A program made the translations under genes and the position numbers. DNA of 64,000 nucleotides, from IMG/VR virus record IMGVR_UViG_3300023112_000009, positions 61,610-125,609 of that record. The stretch is one strand, 5' to 3'. Positions 54,583-64,000 of this stretch are shown one piece after another. The stretch's first letter is position 1, and each line of letters opens with the position of its first letter. This DNA comes from a virus. A model generated the notes under the pieces. The model saw only the letters and a list, made by a program, of their open reading frames with translations, did not search any database and was not told the origin of the DNA.

Positions 54583-57018
54583 ATGACTAAGCAACGCACT
54601 AACGCCGCCAAAAAGACACGAGAAGATGCCATTTCACGTACCGCTTCTGCGGACACCATGATGGCAGCAGCTTCGCGTGCTAACGGTATGGATCGCACTA
54701 AAGCCTATGAGTACGGTAACTTAGGCGACAGCATCGAAAGACGTTATGGCGGTGGTGGAGGCGGTCTAGGTGGTGGAGACGACGGTTTTCAAGGAATGAT
54801 GGGAACTGGCTCATCTTGGCAAGGTCAAGGTGGCGGCAATTACTTTGGAAGTGGATTACTAAATGGTAACGGGAGAATGTTCTCTGGCGTCCATAGCGGT
54901 GGTGGTGCTGGTGGATTCACCTATTTACGTAGGTTCTCTTCAAACTCAGCTTTTAACCATCAGTTAATCGCGTCCTGCATGATGGCGTACCTTGGGTATG
55001 GCGTCGTACGCAATATCATTGATCTGTACTCTGACTTCGCAACCGAAGGCATCGAGATCGATCATCCGGACGAGAGTGTCCGTAACTTTTATAAGTCGTG
55101 GGCCACTAAGGTAGATCTTCGTGATCGCGTCCACAGTATGTTCCTAAACCTTTTCGTGTCAGGTAACGTACACGTACATCGTCGTTGGGCTGAGTTGACC
55201 AACCAAGAAAAACGAGCGATGAAGAGTGCTAAAGCCACCGAGAAGATCAACGACATGTTGGTCGTTCGTGGTAACTCTAAAGACACCACAATCGAAGGAC
55301 GTGAAGCTGGATTCATTGATTGGTTTTTAAGCAAAAGCGAAATCCACCTATCCGACGACACAAAGAACAACAAGTCAACTGCTGCCCCCAAATCTCCCCA
55401 AGACGAGCAGATGCCTGAGAACCCGTCTAAGAAGATTCCGTGGGGCTATACGTTCCTGAATCCTCTACAGATGGAACTTCGCGGACGCAAGTTACGCGGA
55501 GACAGCTATTGGATCATGGCCATTGATAAGCGAGACACACTTGACATCGCTCGCGGCATGGGCTTGTACAGTAGCTATAACCAAGAGCTTGGAACGACAG
55601 AGATGAATCTTCCCAAGGAATTCCTGGGACGTATCAAGAAATACTCTGGACCGGGTGCTGGCTATTCAGCCGAAGTAAAGCTAACCACAGAAGAACTGTC
55701 TGTAATCCAGGCCCCCGGCAAGTGGGACTGGTTCGACTGGGCGGTGCCCTTCTGCTATCCTGCGTTGCGTGCTTTGAGCTTTAAGGACTGTTTACGCAAT
55801 ATGGAGATGAAGGCTTGTCAGTCCGTCATCAACTCTATTTTCCTTTTCAAGCTAGGTAATATCGAGAAGGGAATGCCAGCCGAGGACGAACACTTTGAAC
55901 GTCTTGCTGACATGTTGCAGCAACCCGGCCAAACCCTTAACATTTTGTGGAACGAGGCAATCGAGACTGAGGTTGTTCAGGCTGACGTAGCTAACATTTT
56001 CAATACAGACAAGCACGATTCCGCTGACAAGGATATCCTGACGGCACTCGGTATCCCCGAAGTGTTGGTTGGTGGTAAAGGTGGAAACTTCTCTAACTCG
56101 TACATCGCTGTTGCTACAGTGCTTGAGCGTTTGGAGTCGTACCGTAATAAGGTACATACTTGGTTGATGAACGAACTGAAGATTATTGCTGACGCAATGG
56201 GCTTCAAGAAGTTGCCAACGGTTCGTTTTGGTCGTACGAGCCTGAAAGACGAAAAGGCACAACAGACATTCCTTATGGGTATGTATGATCGTGGTATTCT
56301 TTCTGCTGACACTCTGCTTGAGGAAGGTGGTACTACTGCTGAGATTGAAGCTTCCAAGATGAAGGAAGAAAAGACTAAGTATAAGGAAAAGGATATCTTC
56401 GAGCCGAAGGGTCCGTTCGTTAAAGATCCTAAGCCTGCTCCGGGTGCTGCTGGTCCTCCGGGTGCTAAGAAGCCCGCAGCTAAAAAGCCTGCTGGTGGAC
56501 CCGGTGGTCGTCCTGTAAACACTGGGACTGGTCCTACTGGCAAGCAGGATAATGCTCGTGGACCGAAAGGTCAGGGGCTTGCCGATCTGTTGGCCATGCA
56601 GGAAGTCTTGCAGCGTCGTGGGCGTGCAATGCTTGATCACCTTGAGTCGTTTATCAGTGATAAGGTCTTATCTTCTAAAGCGAAAGAAAATCCAAATCTT
56701 AAGCATGTTAAGAATTTACGTGCCGCTGAACGCGAACGTCTTGAATGGTTAATCTATAACGTGTTCAGTCACATGCCGCCTCCCGAGAAAGAAGAGGACG
56801 TGCGGGATGAGTTTATCATTCACATGTTGCGTTCTGATGCTTGTGAGAGCGTTAAAGCTGATGTTTTCGGTTCCTACACAGACAAGGTAGCCGAGTACAG
56901 TACAACTTATGGCAAGGCTCCTACACGAGAGATGCGTAGACAGTTCATGGTGTCGGCCTGGACCCAACAGGCTATTTTAGAACATGTTGCTGAAAAACCA
57001 GATCTATTATCTTTCTAG
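54583..57018 (+). CDS. Portal protein with Gly-rich N-terminal and Pro/Gly-rich C-terminal extensions
   Basis: Follows terL; VRNIIDL..DF, ILTALGIP..L.G, LERLE..R. Confidence 0.85.
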   Translation: MTKQRTNAAKKTREDAISRTASADTMMAAASRANGMDRTKAYEYGNLGDSIERRYGGGGGGLGGGDDGFQGMMGTGSSWQGQGGGNYFGSGLLNGNGRMFSGVHSGGGAGGFTYLRRFSSNSAFNHQLIASCMMAYLGYGVVRNIIDLYSDFATEGIEIDHPDESVRNFYKSWATKVDLRDRVHSMFLNLFVSGNVHVHRRWAELTNQEKRAMKSAKATEKINDMLVVRGNSKDTTIEGREAGFIDWFLSKSEIHLSDDTKNNKSTAAPKSPQDEQMPENPSKKIPWGYTFLNPLQMELRGRKLRGDSYWIMAIDKRDTLDIARGMGLYSSYNQELGTTEMNLPKEFLGRIKKYSGPGAGYSAEVKLTTEELSVIQAPGKWDWFDWAVPFCYPALRALSFKDCLRNMEMKACQSVINSIFLFKLGNIEKGMPAEDEHFERLADMLQQPGQTLNILWNEAIETEVVQADVANIFNTDKHDSADKDILTALGIPEVLVGGKGGNFSNSYIAVATVLERLESYRNKVHTWLMNELKIIADAMGFKKLPTVRFGRTSLKDEKAQQTFLMGMYDRGILSADTLLEEGGTTAEIEASKMKEEKTKYKEKDIFEPKGPFVKDPKPAPGAAGPPGAKKPAAKKPAGGPGGRPVNTGTGPTGKQDNARGPKGQGLADLLAMQEVLQRRGRAMLDHLESFISDKVLSSKAKENPNLKHVKNLRAAERERLEWLIYNVFSHMPPPEKEEDVRDEFIIHMLRSDACESVKADVFGSYTDKVAEYSTTYGKAPTREMRRQFMVSAWTQQAILEHVAEKPDLLSF

Positions 57019-57053
57019 TTTTAGAGTATTCTTCTAGTGAGGAATCTTAATTT

Positions 57054-57983
57054 ATGTACAAAGCCAATGCTATAATCCGCAAGGTTGGCAATAAGTTTTG
57101 CGTCTTTTCTAAAGATGGTAAGAACTTAGGGTGTTCCAACACTCGTGAAGGTGCGGAAAAAAGATTAAAGCAGGTTGAGTTTTTCAAGCATAAAGGGTCA
57201 TCAAAAATGAATTACAACAAAGCGTTCGATAACTTTGCCAAAGCTCTCAATGAAGGGTTTACACCAGACAGTGTTGGTGGGGCTCCTGATGCAGCACCTC
57301 GCAAGGTTGACGTGCATTCTGAAACCCTGAGTGTTGCAGACAGTCTACGTACTGGCGGCATTGCTGGTCATGCGTCCGATAGACTATTGGACAAGAAGGA
57401 ACACTTCCCTGTATTTACGCAGACCCAAGCTCAATCGAGTATGGCCCGTGTTATGCAGTTGAGTGAAATTCCTTCTTGGTATAATGGTACCCTGGCAGAG
57501 CTTCGCCAAGAAGTATACGCTGGTATCAACAAGATTCATCCTGGCATTGATCTCAATGTGAGGGTGTCTGCGGAAATGGCCGTTGCATTGTCTGACGGTG
57601 AGACCCCAGCCAAGACAAGTCAGAAGTCCATTGATGACCCTAATGACATTGTTAAGAGCAAAGTTCCTCAGGTGTCCCGCCCGACCCTAACGAGTGCTGA
57701 CGTGGAACAAGCCCTAGAAGACGAGGATACTCGCCAAGCTATTGCTGGTCGCTTAATGGAAATGCTTGATAAGCAGCTAGAGCACATGGAATCTGCCAAG
57801 AAGGTTGGGCAACGCCTAATGAAGACTGGCTTGAAATCAGAAGAGTTTGATCAGCTAAGTACGTACCTTCAAGAAGACATCCTTCGTGAGCTTATGTCGC
57901 GTGGTGCAACTGCCACTGCTAACGCTGCGGAAGATCGTCGTAAAGAACTTCTGGCTCGCATGAATAAGAAGGGAGAGCAGTAA
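57054..57983 (+). CDS. Hypothetical head-region protein
   Basis: 309-aa ORF; GAGG RBS. Confidence 0.7.
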   Translation: MYKANAIIRKVGNKFCVFSKDGKNLGCSNTREGAEKRLKQVEFFKHKGSSKMNYNKAFDNFAKALNEGFTPDSVGGAPDAAPRKVDVHSETLSVADSLRTGGIAGHASDRLLDKKEHFPVFTQTQAQSSMARVMQLSEIPSWYNGTLAELRQEVYAGINKIHPGIDLNVRVSAEMAVALSDGETPAKTSQKSIDDPNDIVKSKVPQVSRPTLTSADVEQALEDEDTRQAIAGRLMEMLDKQLEHMESAKKVGQRLMKTGLKSEEFDQLSTYLQEDILRELMSRGATATANAAEDRRKELLARMNKKGEQ

Positions 57984-58294
57984 TGCCTACAAATCTAAAC
58001 GCTGGTTACTCCAACAATATTAACGTCATCCAGATTCGTGGTAACGGTGCTCATATGTCACGTTACACGGATCGTGCTATTGATGTTACTGGCGATGGCG
58101 TAGACGAGAAGGTGACCATTACGCACGTCTCTGGAGACGCGACTGGTACGCCGAGTGCTCCTGGTGGTAAAACACGTAGCACGGTAACGATCCCCGCTGG
58201 TGTTGCACGCACCATTATCCAAGAAGTCACTGAAACTGATGGCGGTATCCATACGGATTCTGACGTTACTGAGTACACGGAAGGTGGAGAGTAA
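57983..58294 (+). CDS. Hypothetical virion protein
   Basis: Thr/Gly-rich; located in the head operon. Confidence 0.6.
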   Translation: MPTNLNAGYSNNINVIQIRGNGAHMSRYTDRAIDVTGDGVDEKVTITHVSGDATGTPSAPGGKTRSTVTIPAGVARTIIQEVTETDGGIHTDSDVTEYTEGGE

Positions 58295-58495
58295 TGACTA
58301 ATCGTGAAGATCGCGTTGAATCGCTGATAGATCCCGGCAAGAGAAACATGGATCGAAATCGTGGTTTACAGGCTAATGCTTTCAAGGAAGCACTCCTGAG
58401 AGCCGCCGCTGAGACGGAAAAGTCTACTGACGACACCGTTAAGCCAGAGAATTCTGGTCAGTAGTTTCGCCATTTAGTTTATTAATCCGATAGGC

Positions 58496-60367
58496 ATGAA
58501 ATACCGCACAACATTAACAGCGAAAGCTGAGATACTAAAGCCTAACTCGAATGAGTTCAAGGCTGTAGCTGCATCCCTACAGGATCGCTATGGTTTTGAT
58601 CTTAAGCCGCAGATGGACCTTTTGTATGTTCGATCCTGCCTTGTATCGGCTGGTGATGGTGTTGGAGTAAATGATAACGATGATATCTTTACTCGCGAAG
58701 AAGCCTGGGCTGCACGTCATACGCCCGTCCTAAAGCCATTCAATTGGCAGCACAAAGACACAGATATTGTAGGTGTAATGTACACCGTACAAGCTCGCGA
58801 CACGGAAGGTGGTATCCTTGATATCAATGATGAGACACCTCCGGATTGTGATTTCGATCTCTATGTAGAAGCAGCTATCTTCAGTTTGATTCATGAAGAT
58901 AGGGCAGCAGAAATTGCCGCCAGAGCCAGTAATGACTCTCTTTTTGTTTCTATGGAAGCTTGGTTTGACGACTATAGCTATGGCTTGTTTGATCGAGATA
59001 ATGGTGCTTTAGCCAAGACCGTTAGCAGAACCCAGAGCACCAGTTACCTCGATAAGCATTTACGTGCTAATAGTGGTGCTGGGGTATATCGCGATCCTGA
59101 ATCTGATCAAGATATGCGAATTGGTCGCGTCCTAAGGTCCATCACCTTTGGGGGCTGCGGCTTTGTAGATCGTCCTGCAAACAAACGTTCCACAATTGAA
59201 ATTGCGGAACCGATGAATTCTATTGCAGAACAGGATGTAGAGCTGCAAATTGAGAAATTACTTAAAAAGGTGTTGGAATCCCAAGTAGAGGATCTAACGG
59301 AGGTAACTGTTATGAATACTCAAGCTAGTACTCCGGGTGCAAGCCCCGAGGAAATTACGGCTGCGGTCAATGACTCTCTCGATGCGAGAGAAAAAGCCGC
59401 TGCTAAGGTGCGTGAGCAGGAAGCCCTGCAAGCCCGTGCCGCTGAAGCTGAGCAAGCGAGTGAAGAACTCCAAGCTCAGGTCACTGAACTAACCGAAGCT
59501 AAGGAAGCTAAGGTTGCCGAAGTAGAGGCCCTTGAAACACAAATGACCGAATACGGCGAAGCCGTTGATAGTCTTGTTCAAGAGCACACTGCTGCTGGTG
59601 CAACTGGAAGTACTCCTGCCGAAATCGCTGCTATCGATGCTGCGAGTGATGGTGCTGCTGCTTTTACTGCTAAGCTCGCGTGGCTTGGTAAGTCGGCTGC
59701 TAACCTAATGGCTCGTGCGGCTCGTGCTGACGAACTAGAAACTCAACTAGCACAGGCGGAAGCTGTTGTGCGTGAGCAAGAAGTTCGTAGCCTGCTAGGC
59801 GACAACTTCTCGGCTGAAACTGTTGACGTTATGGTCTCTCGTGCTGCAAGCCTAGATGACGAAGGTTATCAAGCTTGGCGTGACGAGAAGGAGCTTATGG
59901 TCATCGAGATGGCTACTGCTGCTGAAGACAAGAAAGAAAAGAAGCTACCTCCTTTCATGAAGAAAGGCAAGGAAGCTAAAGAAGAAAAAGAAGCTAAGGC
60001 GGGTAACCCGTTTGAAGCTCTGTTGGCTCAACGTCGTGTTGAGAGTGGAATGGCTTCGCCTGACACTCCCCCGTACGAGCCGCATTTGATTAATCCTGTG
60101 GGTGGAGATGGCGTCAACAGTGGCGTTACCCCCGCTTCCCCAGGTCTAAGTACACCGCGTCATAAGATTGCTGGCTCTGCCGACAACGACCCCGCTCAGA
60201 TTCTTGAGGATGCTCAAGAAGTGAACGGCGTTTCCCTTGCCGGATCCCAAGCTAGTGATGATGGTGTCAGTGCTAATCCCTTCCGTACTCTTGCGGAAGC
60301 TGTGACTGGTACTGAAGAAGAAGAAGAAGCTCCGACTGAAAAGCCGGGTTTCGATCCCATTTCGTAA
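58496..60367 (+). CDS. Prohead protease / scaffold-like protein
   Basis: NDNDD.F, N.QH..IVG, VSMEAWF, F.G.G.V.RPAN, followed by a long Ala/Glu coiled coil. Confidence 0.78.
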   Translation: MKYRTTLTAKAEILKPNSNEFKAVAASLQDRYGFDLKPQMDLLYVRSCLVSAGDGVGVNDNDDIFTREEAWAARHTPVLKPFNWQHKDTDIVGVMYTVQARDTEGGILDINDETPPDCDFDLYVEAAIFSLIHEDRAAEIAARASNDSLFVSMEAWFDDYSYGLFDRDNGALAKTVSRTQSTSYLDKHLRANSGAGVYRDPESDQDMRIGRVLRSITFGGCGFVDRPANKRSTIEIAEPMNSIAEQDVELQIEKLLKKVLESQVEDLTEVTVMNTQASTPGASPEEITAAVNDSLDAREKAAAKVREQEALQARAAEAEQASEELQAQVTELTEAKEAKVAEVEALETQMTEYGEAVDSLVQEHTAAGATGSTPAEIAAIDAASDGAAAFTAKLAWLGKSAANLMARAARADELETQLAQAEAVVREQEVRSLLGDNFSAETVDVMVSRAASLDDEGYQAWRDEKELMVIEMATAAEDKKEKKLPPFMKKGKEAKEEKEAKAGNPFEALLAQRRVESGMASPDTPPYEPHLINPVGGDGVNSGVTPASPGLSTPRHKIAGSADNDPAQILEDAQEVNGVSLAGSQASDDGVSANPFRTLAEAVTGTEEEEEAPTEKPGFDPIS

Positions 60368-60379
60368 AGGAGGCCAAAA

Positions 60380-60847
60380 ATGAGTCTAAAAGAATCGCGT
60401 CAAACGTTCCAAACGAACATTGACTGCACTGTTTCTGGCGTAGCCGAACGTGGTGGTATCCTATCTTATGTACCCGGTGTTGCTGGTCTATGCGAGTATG
60501 CTGATGCTACCGCTGTTTCTGGTGCCCTGTCAAACCCTGCCGGTTTGCTTATGGATGATGTAGAAGCTCTAAACTACTACAACCACCCTGAGTACCGTCA
60601 GCGTAACGTTGTTCCGCAAGGAAGCGTTGTTGGCATTGCAACTGAAGGCGAATTCCTAACGGACTTCGTTGAGACCGCTACCGCCGATGGTGCATCTGTA
60701 GGAACCTACGCACCCGGTGATACGCTTTATCTTGCTGACAGCGGAAACGTAAGTCGTCAGCAAATCGCTGCTCTACGTCCGCAAGTTGGTAAGTGCCTCG
60801 CAGCCATTACCGCTGACGGATTCCTCAAGATCCGCGTGGAACTATAA
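60380..60847 (+). CDS. Capsid decoration/cement protein
   Basis: Small beta-rich protein directly before the MCP; PGDTLYL..G..VG..ADGF.KI. Confidence 0.72.
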   Translation: MSLKESRQTFQTNIDCTVSGVAERGGILSYVPGVAGLCEYADATAVSGALSNPAGLLMDDVEALNYYNHPEYRQRNVVPQGSVVGIATEGEFLTDFVETATADGASVGTYAPGDTLYLADSGNVSRQQIAALRPQVGKCLAAITADGFLKIRVEL

Positions 60848-60860
60848 GGAGGAATTGAAT

Positions 60861-61898
60861 ATGAATTTTCAACGTTATCCGCAGGAAGCAATTGAAGCTC
60901 TGAGAGCAACCGCAAGTCCGGACACTAGTGTCCGCGAGCGTGCTCAAAAAGCATTTGCTGGTGAACTGAACATGCCGCTTCGTCAGGGCGTGTTTGATCG
61001 TGACAACCTTGGTGGTATTTTTGAGAAGCAGGTGCTTGCACCTGGGGCTCAAGCTAACTACCCTCTCGACTTCGTGAAGCCGGGTGAAGAAGATGAATTC
61101 ATCGCCTTCACTCTGCCCAAGCAGGGTCGCGTGCCGGAACGTCACGTTGAAGGCGACGAGTTGTGGGTGCCGACGTTTAACATCGGTAACTCCATTGACT
61201 GGTCTTTGAAGTATGCTAAAGAAGCACGATTCGACGTTATCATGCGTGCGATCCGTGTGTACGAGGCTGGCTTTGTCCGTAAGATCAACTCTGATGGTTG
61301 GCGTACCGTTCTCGGTGCCGCTGACGGTCGTGGTCTGGTCGTGACTGCGGGTGGTGCTGCTCCGTTCACTGGTTCTACGCTTACTCCGACTGCGGCTGCT
61401 GGTCAGTTCACCAAAGAACTGATTAGTCGCATGAAGACTGCGATGACCCGTGGTGCTGGTGGCAATGGTAACTCCGGTCGTTTGACCGACGTTTACCTGT
61501 CGCTTGAGGCGATGGAAGACATTCGTGCTTGGGATGTTGACGAGATTGACGAGTTTACTCGTCGTGAGATCTTCGTCAGCCGTGAATACGGGCTTGCCCA
61601 GATCTACGGTATCGTTCTGCACGAGATGACTGAATTTGGTGAAGGCCAAGAGTACGAAGAGTTCCTCGAAACTACTCTTGCTCGTTCTCACCAGACCGTC
61701 AACTCTGTTACTTTGAAGGAGTTCTGCATTGGCTTGGACCTGTCCACTACGGACAGCTTCGTGATGCCGATTCGTGAAGAGCTTCAGACGTACGAAGACC
61801 CCGCTCTCTACCGTGAGCAGCGTGCTGGTATCTTCGGCTGGATGGAGCACGGCTTCGCCGTTCTTGATCCTCGTCGCATTCTGATTGGCGAATTCTAA
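60861..61898 (+). CDS. Major capsid protein (HK97 fold)
   Basis: 345 aa; AAGGAGG RBS; biased codon use; position after protease and decoration genes; terminator follows. Confidence 0.88.
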   Translation: MNFQRYPQEAIEALRATASPDTSVRERAQKAFAGELNMPLRQGVFDRDNLGGIFEKQVLAPGAQANYPLDFVKPGEEDEFIAFTLPKQGRVPERHVEGDELWVPTFNIGNSIDWSLKYAKEARFDVIMRAIRVYEAGFVRKINSDGWRTVLGAADGRGLVVTAGGAAPFTGSTLTPTAAAGQFTKELISRMKTAMTRGAGGNGNSGRLTDVYLSLEAMEDIRAWDVDEIDEFTRREIFVSREYGLAQIYGIVLHEMTEFGEGQEYEEFLETTLARSHQTVNSVTLKEFCIGLDLSTTDSFVMPIREELQTYEDPALYREQRAGIFGWMEHGFAVLDPRRILIGEF

Positions 61899-61920
61899 GA
61901 GTTCGTCTCAGTATGACTTA

Positions 61921-61959
61921 AAGGGGGCGGTGGGAGCAATCCCACCGCCCTCTTTTCTT
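61921..61959 (+). terminator. Rho-independent terminator
   Basis: GGGCGGTGGGA-GCAA-TCCCACCGCCC followed by TCTTTTCTT. Confidence 0.9.
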
Positions 61960-62004
61960 AGTGTATTATCTAGTGTCAACAGACGTTAATTAAGAGGTAT
62001 TGAA

Positions 62005-62877
62005 ATGGCTGGTGAAACAAAAGTCTTAACTATTGGACAAGCAGCGTCGGCTCTTGATATCTTTTTATCAGCCAACGGTGCATCGGTCAGTGGGCAGTAC
62101 GTCGGATTTGAGCTATTCGATGCAGCGAACGCTTCAGCAGTGAGCGGAGTCGCACTTAACCCGGCGTTCGGGCAGTATGTTGGATCAGGTACGATCCCCG
62201 CAGGTTTCCAGTTAGGATCCTGGAGGGTTGATTGGACCATTATCACGCTAAATAACACTCTTGCAACCGCAACGGAACCGTTCTGCGTGCAAGACATCAA
62301 TGTATCCATTGGGTTCGTTAGTCCTGAAGATAAGACTAGTGATATCTACGAAGCTGTACGACTAGACATCGGTGATCCTGACGGCAATGTTTTTAATGAC
62401 GACTTTCTAGCGAGAAATCTAAAGAAAGCCGTACGCAGACTAAACCACCGTCTAGGGCTATCGCCCACTCAGAGACCCAAGGGAATCCCTGGGGGCTTTG
62501 GTGGGCCTAGAATTAAGGTCTCTCCTATCGTTGCTGATACGGAGGCTGGTACGATTACGCCATGTAATGATGAGCTTGTGGACTTGATTATCTTGCAAAT
62601 AGAATACATCATTATCACTAGCGAGTTATCAGCATTGAAGCGTTTGGCTGCTACTTCTAACTCTGGTCCATATGCTCAGTTAGTGGCGTCTGCTTCACAA
62701 GATGGTATCTCGGTTAAGAATAGTGATGGGGTTACTGTTAGTATTTCTCCTAGTCGTCTTAATGTCAGGGCTGACCTACACAAGTTTGATGTTAAGCGAC
62801 GTAACGAAGAGCTTGAAGCGGCCATCAAAGCATATTTGAACAGACAAACTGGAAATTACGGAAAATTAATATACTAA
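62005..62877 (+). CDS. Putative head-tail connector / virion protein
   Basis: Ig-like N-terminus, then VRLDIGD..F.D..L adaptor-like pattern. Confidence 0.6.
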   Translation: MAGETKVLTIGQAASALDIFLSANGASVSGQYVGFELFDAANASAVSGVALNPAFGQYVGSGTIPAGFQLGSWRVDWTIITLNNTLATATEPFCVQDINVSIGFVSPEDKTSDIYEAVRLDIGDPDGNVFNDDFLARNLKKAVRRLNHRLGLSPTQRPKGIPGGFGGPRIKVSPIVADTEAGTITPCNDELVDLIILQIEYIIITSELSALKRLAATSNSGPYAQLVASASQDGISVKNSDGVTVSISPSRLNVRADLHKFDVKRRNEELEAAIKAYLNRQTGNYGKLIY

Positions 62878-63455
62878 TGCATAATTTCACTTGTCACTTT
62901 TGCTCGGTTGGTTTTACGGCCAACAACTCTAGAGCTAAATATTGTTCTGGTAATTGTAAAACAAAAGCATGGTATTGCAGAAACAAAGATGACGTTGAGT
63001 TTCGCAACAAACACCGCGACCAACGTCGTGTTGATCGTGCTAAACGTAGCGACGAAATTAATGCACGTAGAGTAGAACGTTTTAAGACCGATACTGAATA
63101 CAGAACTCGTACAAGAATCAACACTGCCGTTTCAAGAAAACGCAAGCCACAAGCTGAAAATAACAAAACATGGAGATTAGCTAATCCATACAAAGCGATG
63201 TTGAAAAATCTTCGTAAGCGTGGTCAACGACTTGTAGACGCTGCTGACTTGAAGTATATTTTTGAGCGTGATAATGGTGAGTGTCAATACTGTGGATCTA
63301 CTGAACAACCATCATTAGATCATCGTCATCCTGTTAGTCGCGGTGGCGATAGTAGCATTGACAACCTATGTGTAGCATGTCAGTCTTGCAATTCTCGCAA
63401 AGGCACCAAAACAGTAGAAGAGTTTTTGATTTACCTTGAGGAAATCAAATGTTAG
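62877..63455 (+). CDS. HNH endonuclease
   Basis: RDNGECQYCG..LDHRHP.SRGG..DNL..AC.SCN..KG. Confidence 0.92.
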   Translation: MHNFTCHFCSVGFTANNSRAKYCSGNCKTKAWYCRNKDDVEFRNKHRDQRRVDRAKRSDEINARRVERFKTDTEYRTRTRINTAVSRKRKPQAENNKTWRLANPYKAMLKNLRKRGQRLVDAADLKYIFERDNGECQYCGSTEQPSLDHRHPVSRGGDSSIDNLCVACQSCNSRKGTKTVEEFLIYLEEIKC

Positions 63456-63793
63456 TACACTGTAAAATACCCAAAGGCGTACTGCACCTGAATCAGTATA
63501 AGATCTACGGAAAACACACGAAGATGCCGCCCATCGACATCCCTTTCGAACTGTACAATCAATGTAAGGACGGACTAGCAGAAGGTACATATCGCGAAGG
63601 GCATCTGCAAAAGATGTTTGGTGGCATTTTTCCTGTGATTGCCTTTACGTATACAGAATTGCGTTGGCTTCCGGATGTAACGTTAGACAAGATTGGACCA
63701 CTCATGGTATCAGGGTACGATGCAGCTTGGTCACACAAGAAGAAAGTTGATCAGATCAAGGTCTCAATTCGCGAGAAAGCACCATGTCTTTAA
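63449..63793 (+). CDS. Hypothetical protein
   Basis: GAGG RBS; operon-packed. Confidence 0.65.
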   Translation: MLVHCKIPKGVLHLNQYKIYGKHTKMPPIDIPFELYNQCKDGLAEGTYREGHLQKMFGGIFPVIAFTYTELRWLPDVTLDKIGPLMVSGYDAAWSHKKKVDQIKVSIREKAPCL

Positions 63794-64000
63794 AGCCACT
63801 TCGACAAACAGAACAGGTCAACATTGACCACATCACTCCTTGGACTCAAGAGCGTGGTGGTTGTCTGAGTATTGTTGAATCGTCTGGCATGTACATAGCT
63901 GAATATGCACATGATCCCAGTGGCTTGTTTGCTATGGGTGTTCAGTTAAATGATATTGAATGGATGAACCTGTCTCGTCAGTATCATCGCACGTTCTCTC
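63784..64000 (+). CDS. Second decoration-protein paralog (truncated by window end)
   Basis: MSLKPLRQTEQVNID..ERGG.LS..G..LND.E..N aligns with 60380-60847. Confidence 0.7.
   Translation, partial: MSLKPLRQTEQVNIDHITPWTQERGGCLSIVESSGMYIAEYAHDPSGLFAMGVQLNDIEWMNLSRQYHRTFS

Noticed and set aside
60825-61850. 341-aa minus-strand ORF
   Set aside because: Antisense shadow of the major capsid gene caused by codon bias.
1-64000. Alternative genetic code or stop-codon reassignment
   Set aside because: Conserved genes are intact under code 11, and TAA, TAG and TGA all serve as natural ends.

Overview
The window is a 64-kb segment of a large tailed dsDNA phage (Caudoviricetes) using the standard genetic code. 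(1) 1-21.3 kb, mostly minus strand: ssb; a cluster of about 18 tRNA and tRNA-like genes, several structurally odd; candidate large structured ncRNAs; HNH homing endonucleases; rIIA/rIIB; and an NAD+/ADP-ribose module (macrodomain, phosphoesterase, Nudix, NAMPT, NadD-like). (2) 21.4-39.3 kb, plus strand and visibly GC-richer: an early or host-takeover region with about 50 tiny, often paralogous ORFs, nearly each with its own sigma70-type promoter and often leaderless. It is punctuated by about 20 copies of a fixed-geometry, ~90-110 bp quasi-palindromic element. That element has a 13-bp core in two alleles (GTAGTATAGACAC / GTAGCTTAGCCAC), and its central segment occurs in both orientations. This cassette array is the most striking unexplained feature. 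(3) 39.5-46.7 kb, minus strand: nucleotide-metabolism and accessory genes. (4) 46.9-64 kb, plus strand: sigma-like factor, glycosyltransferases, GroES, ERCC4 nuclease, terminase, portal, protease/scaffold, decoration protein and major capsid. One secreted protein resembles a Planctomycetota C-terminal domain, which hints at the host. All calls come from reading the sequence and recalled motifs; no searches were run.
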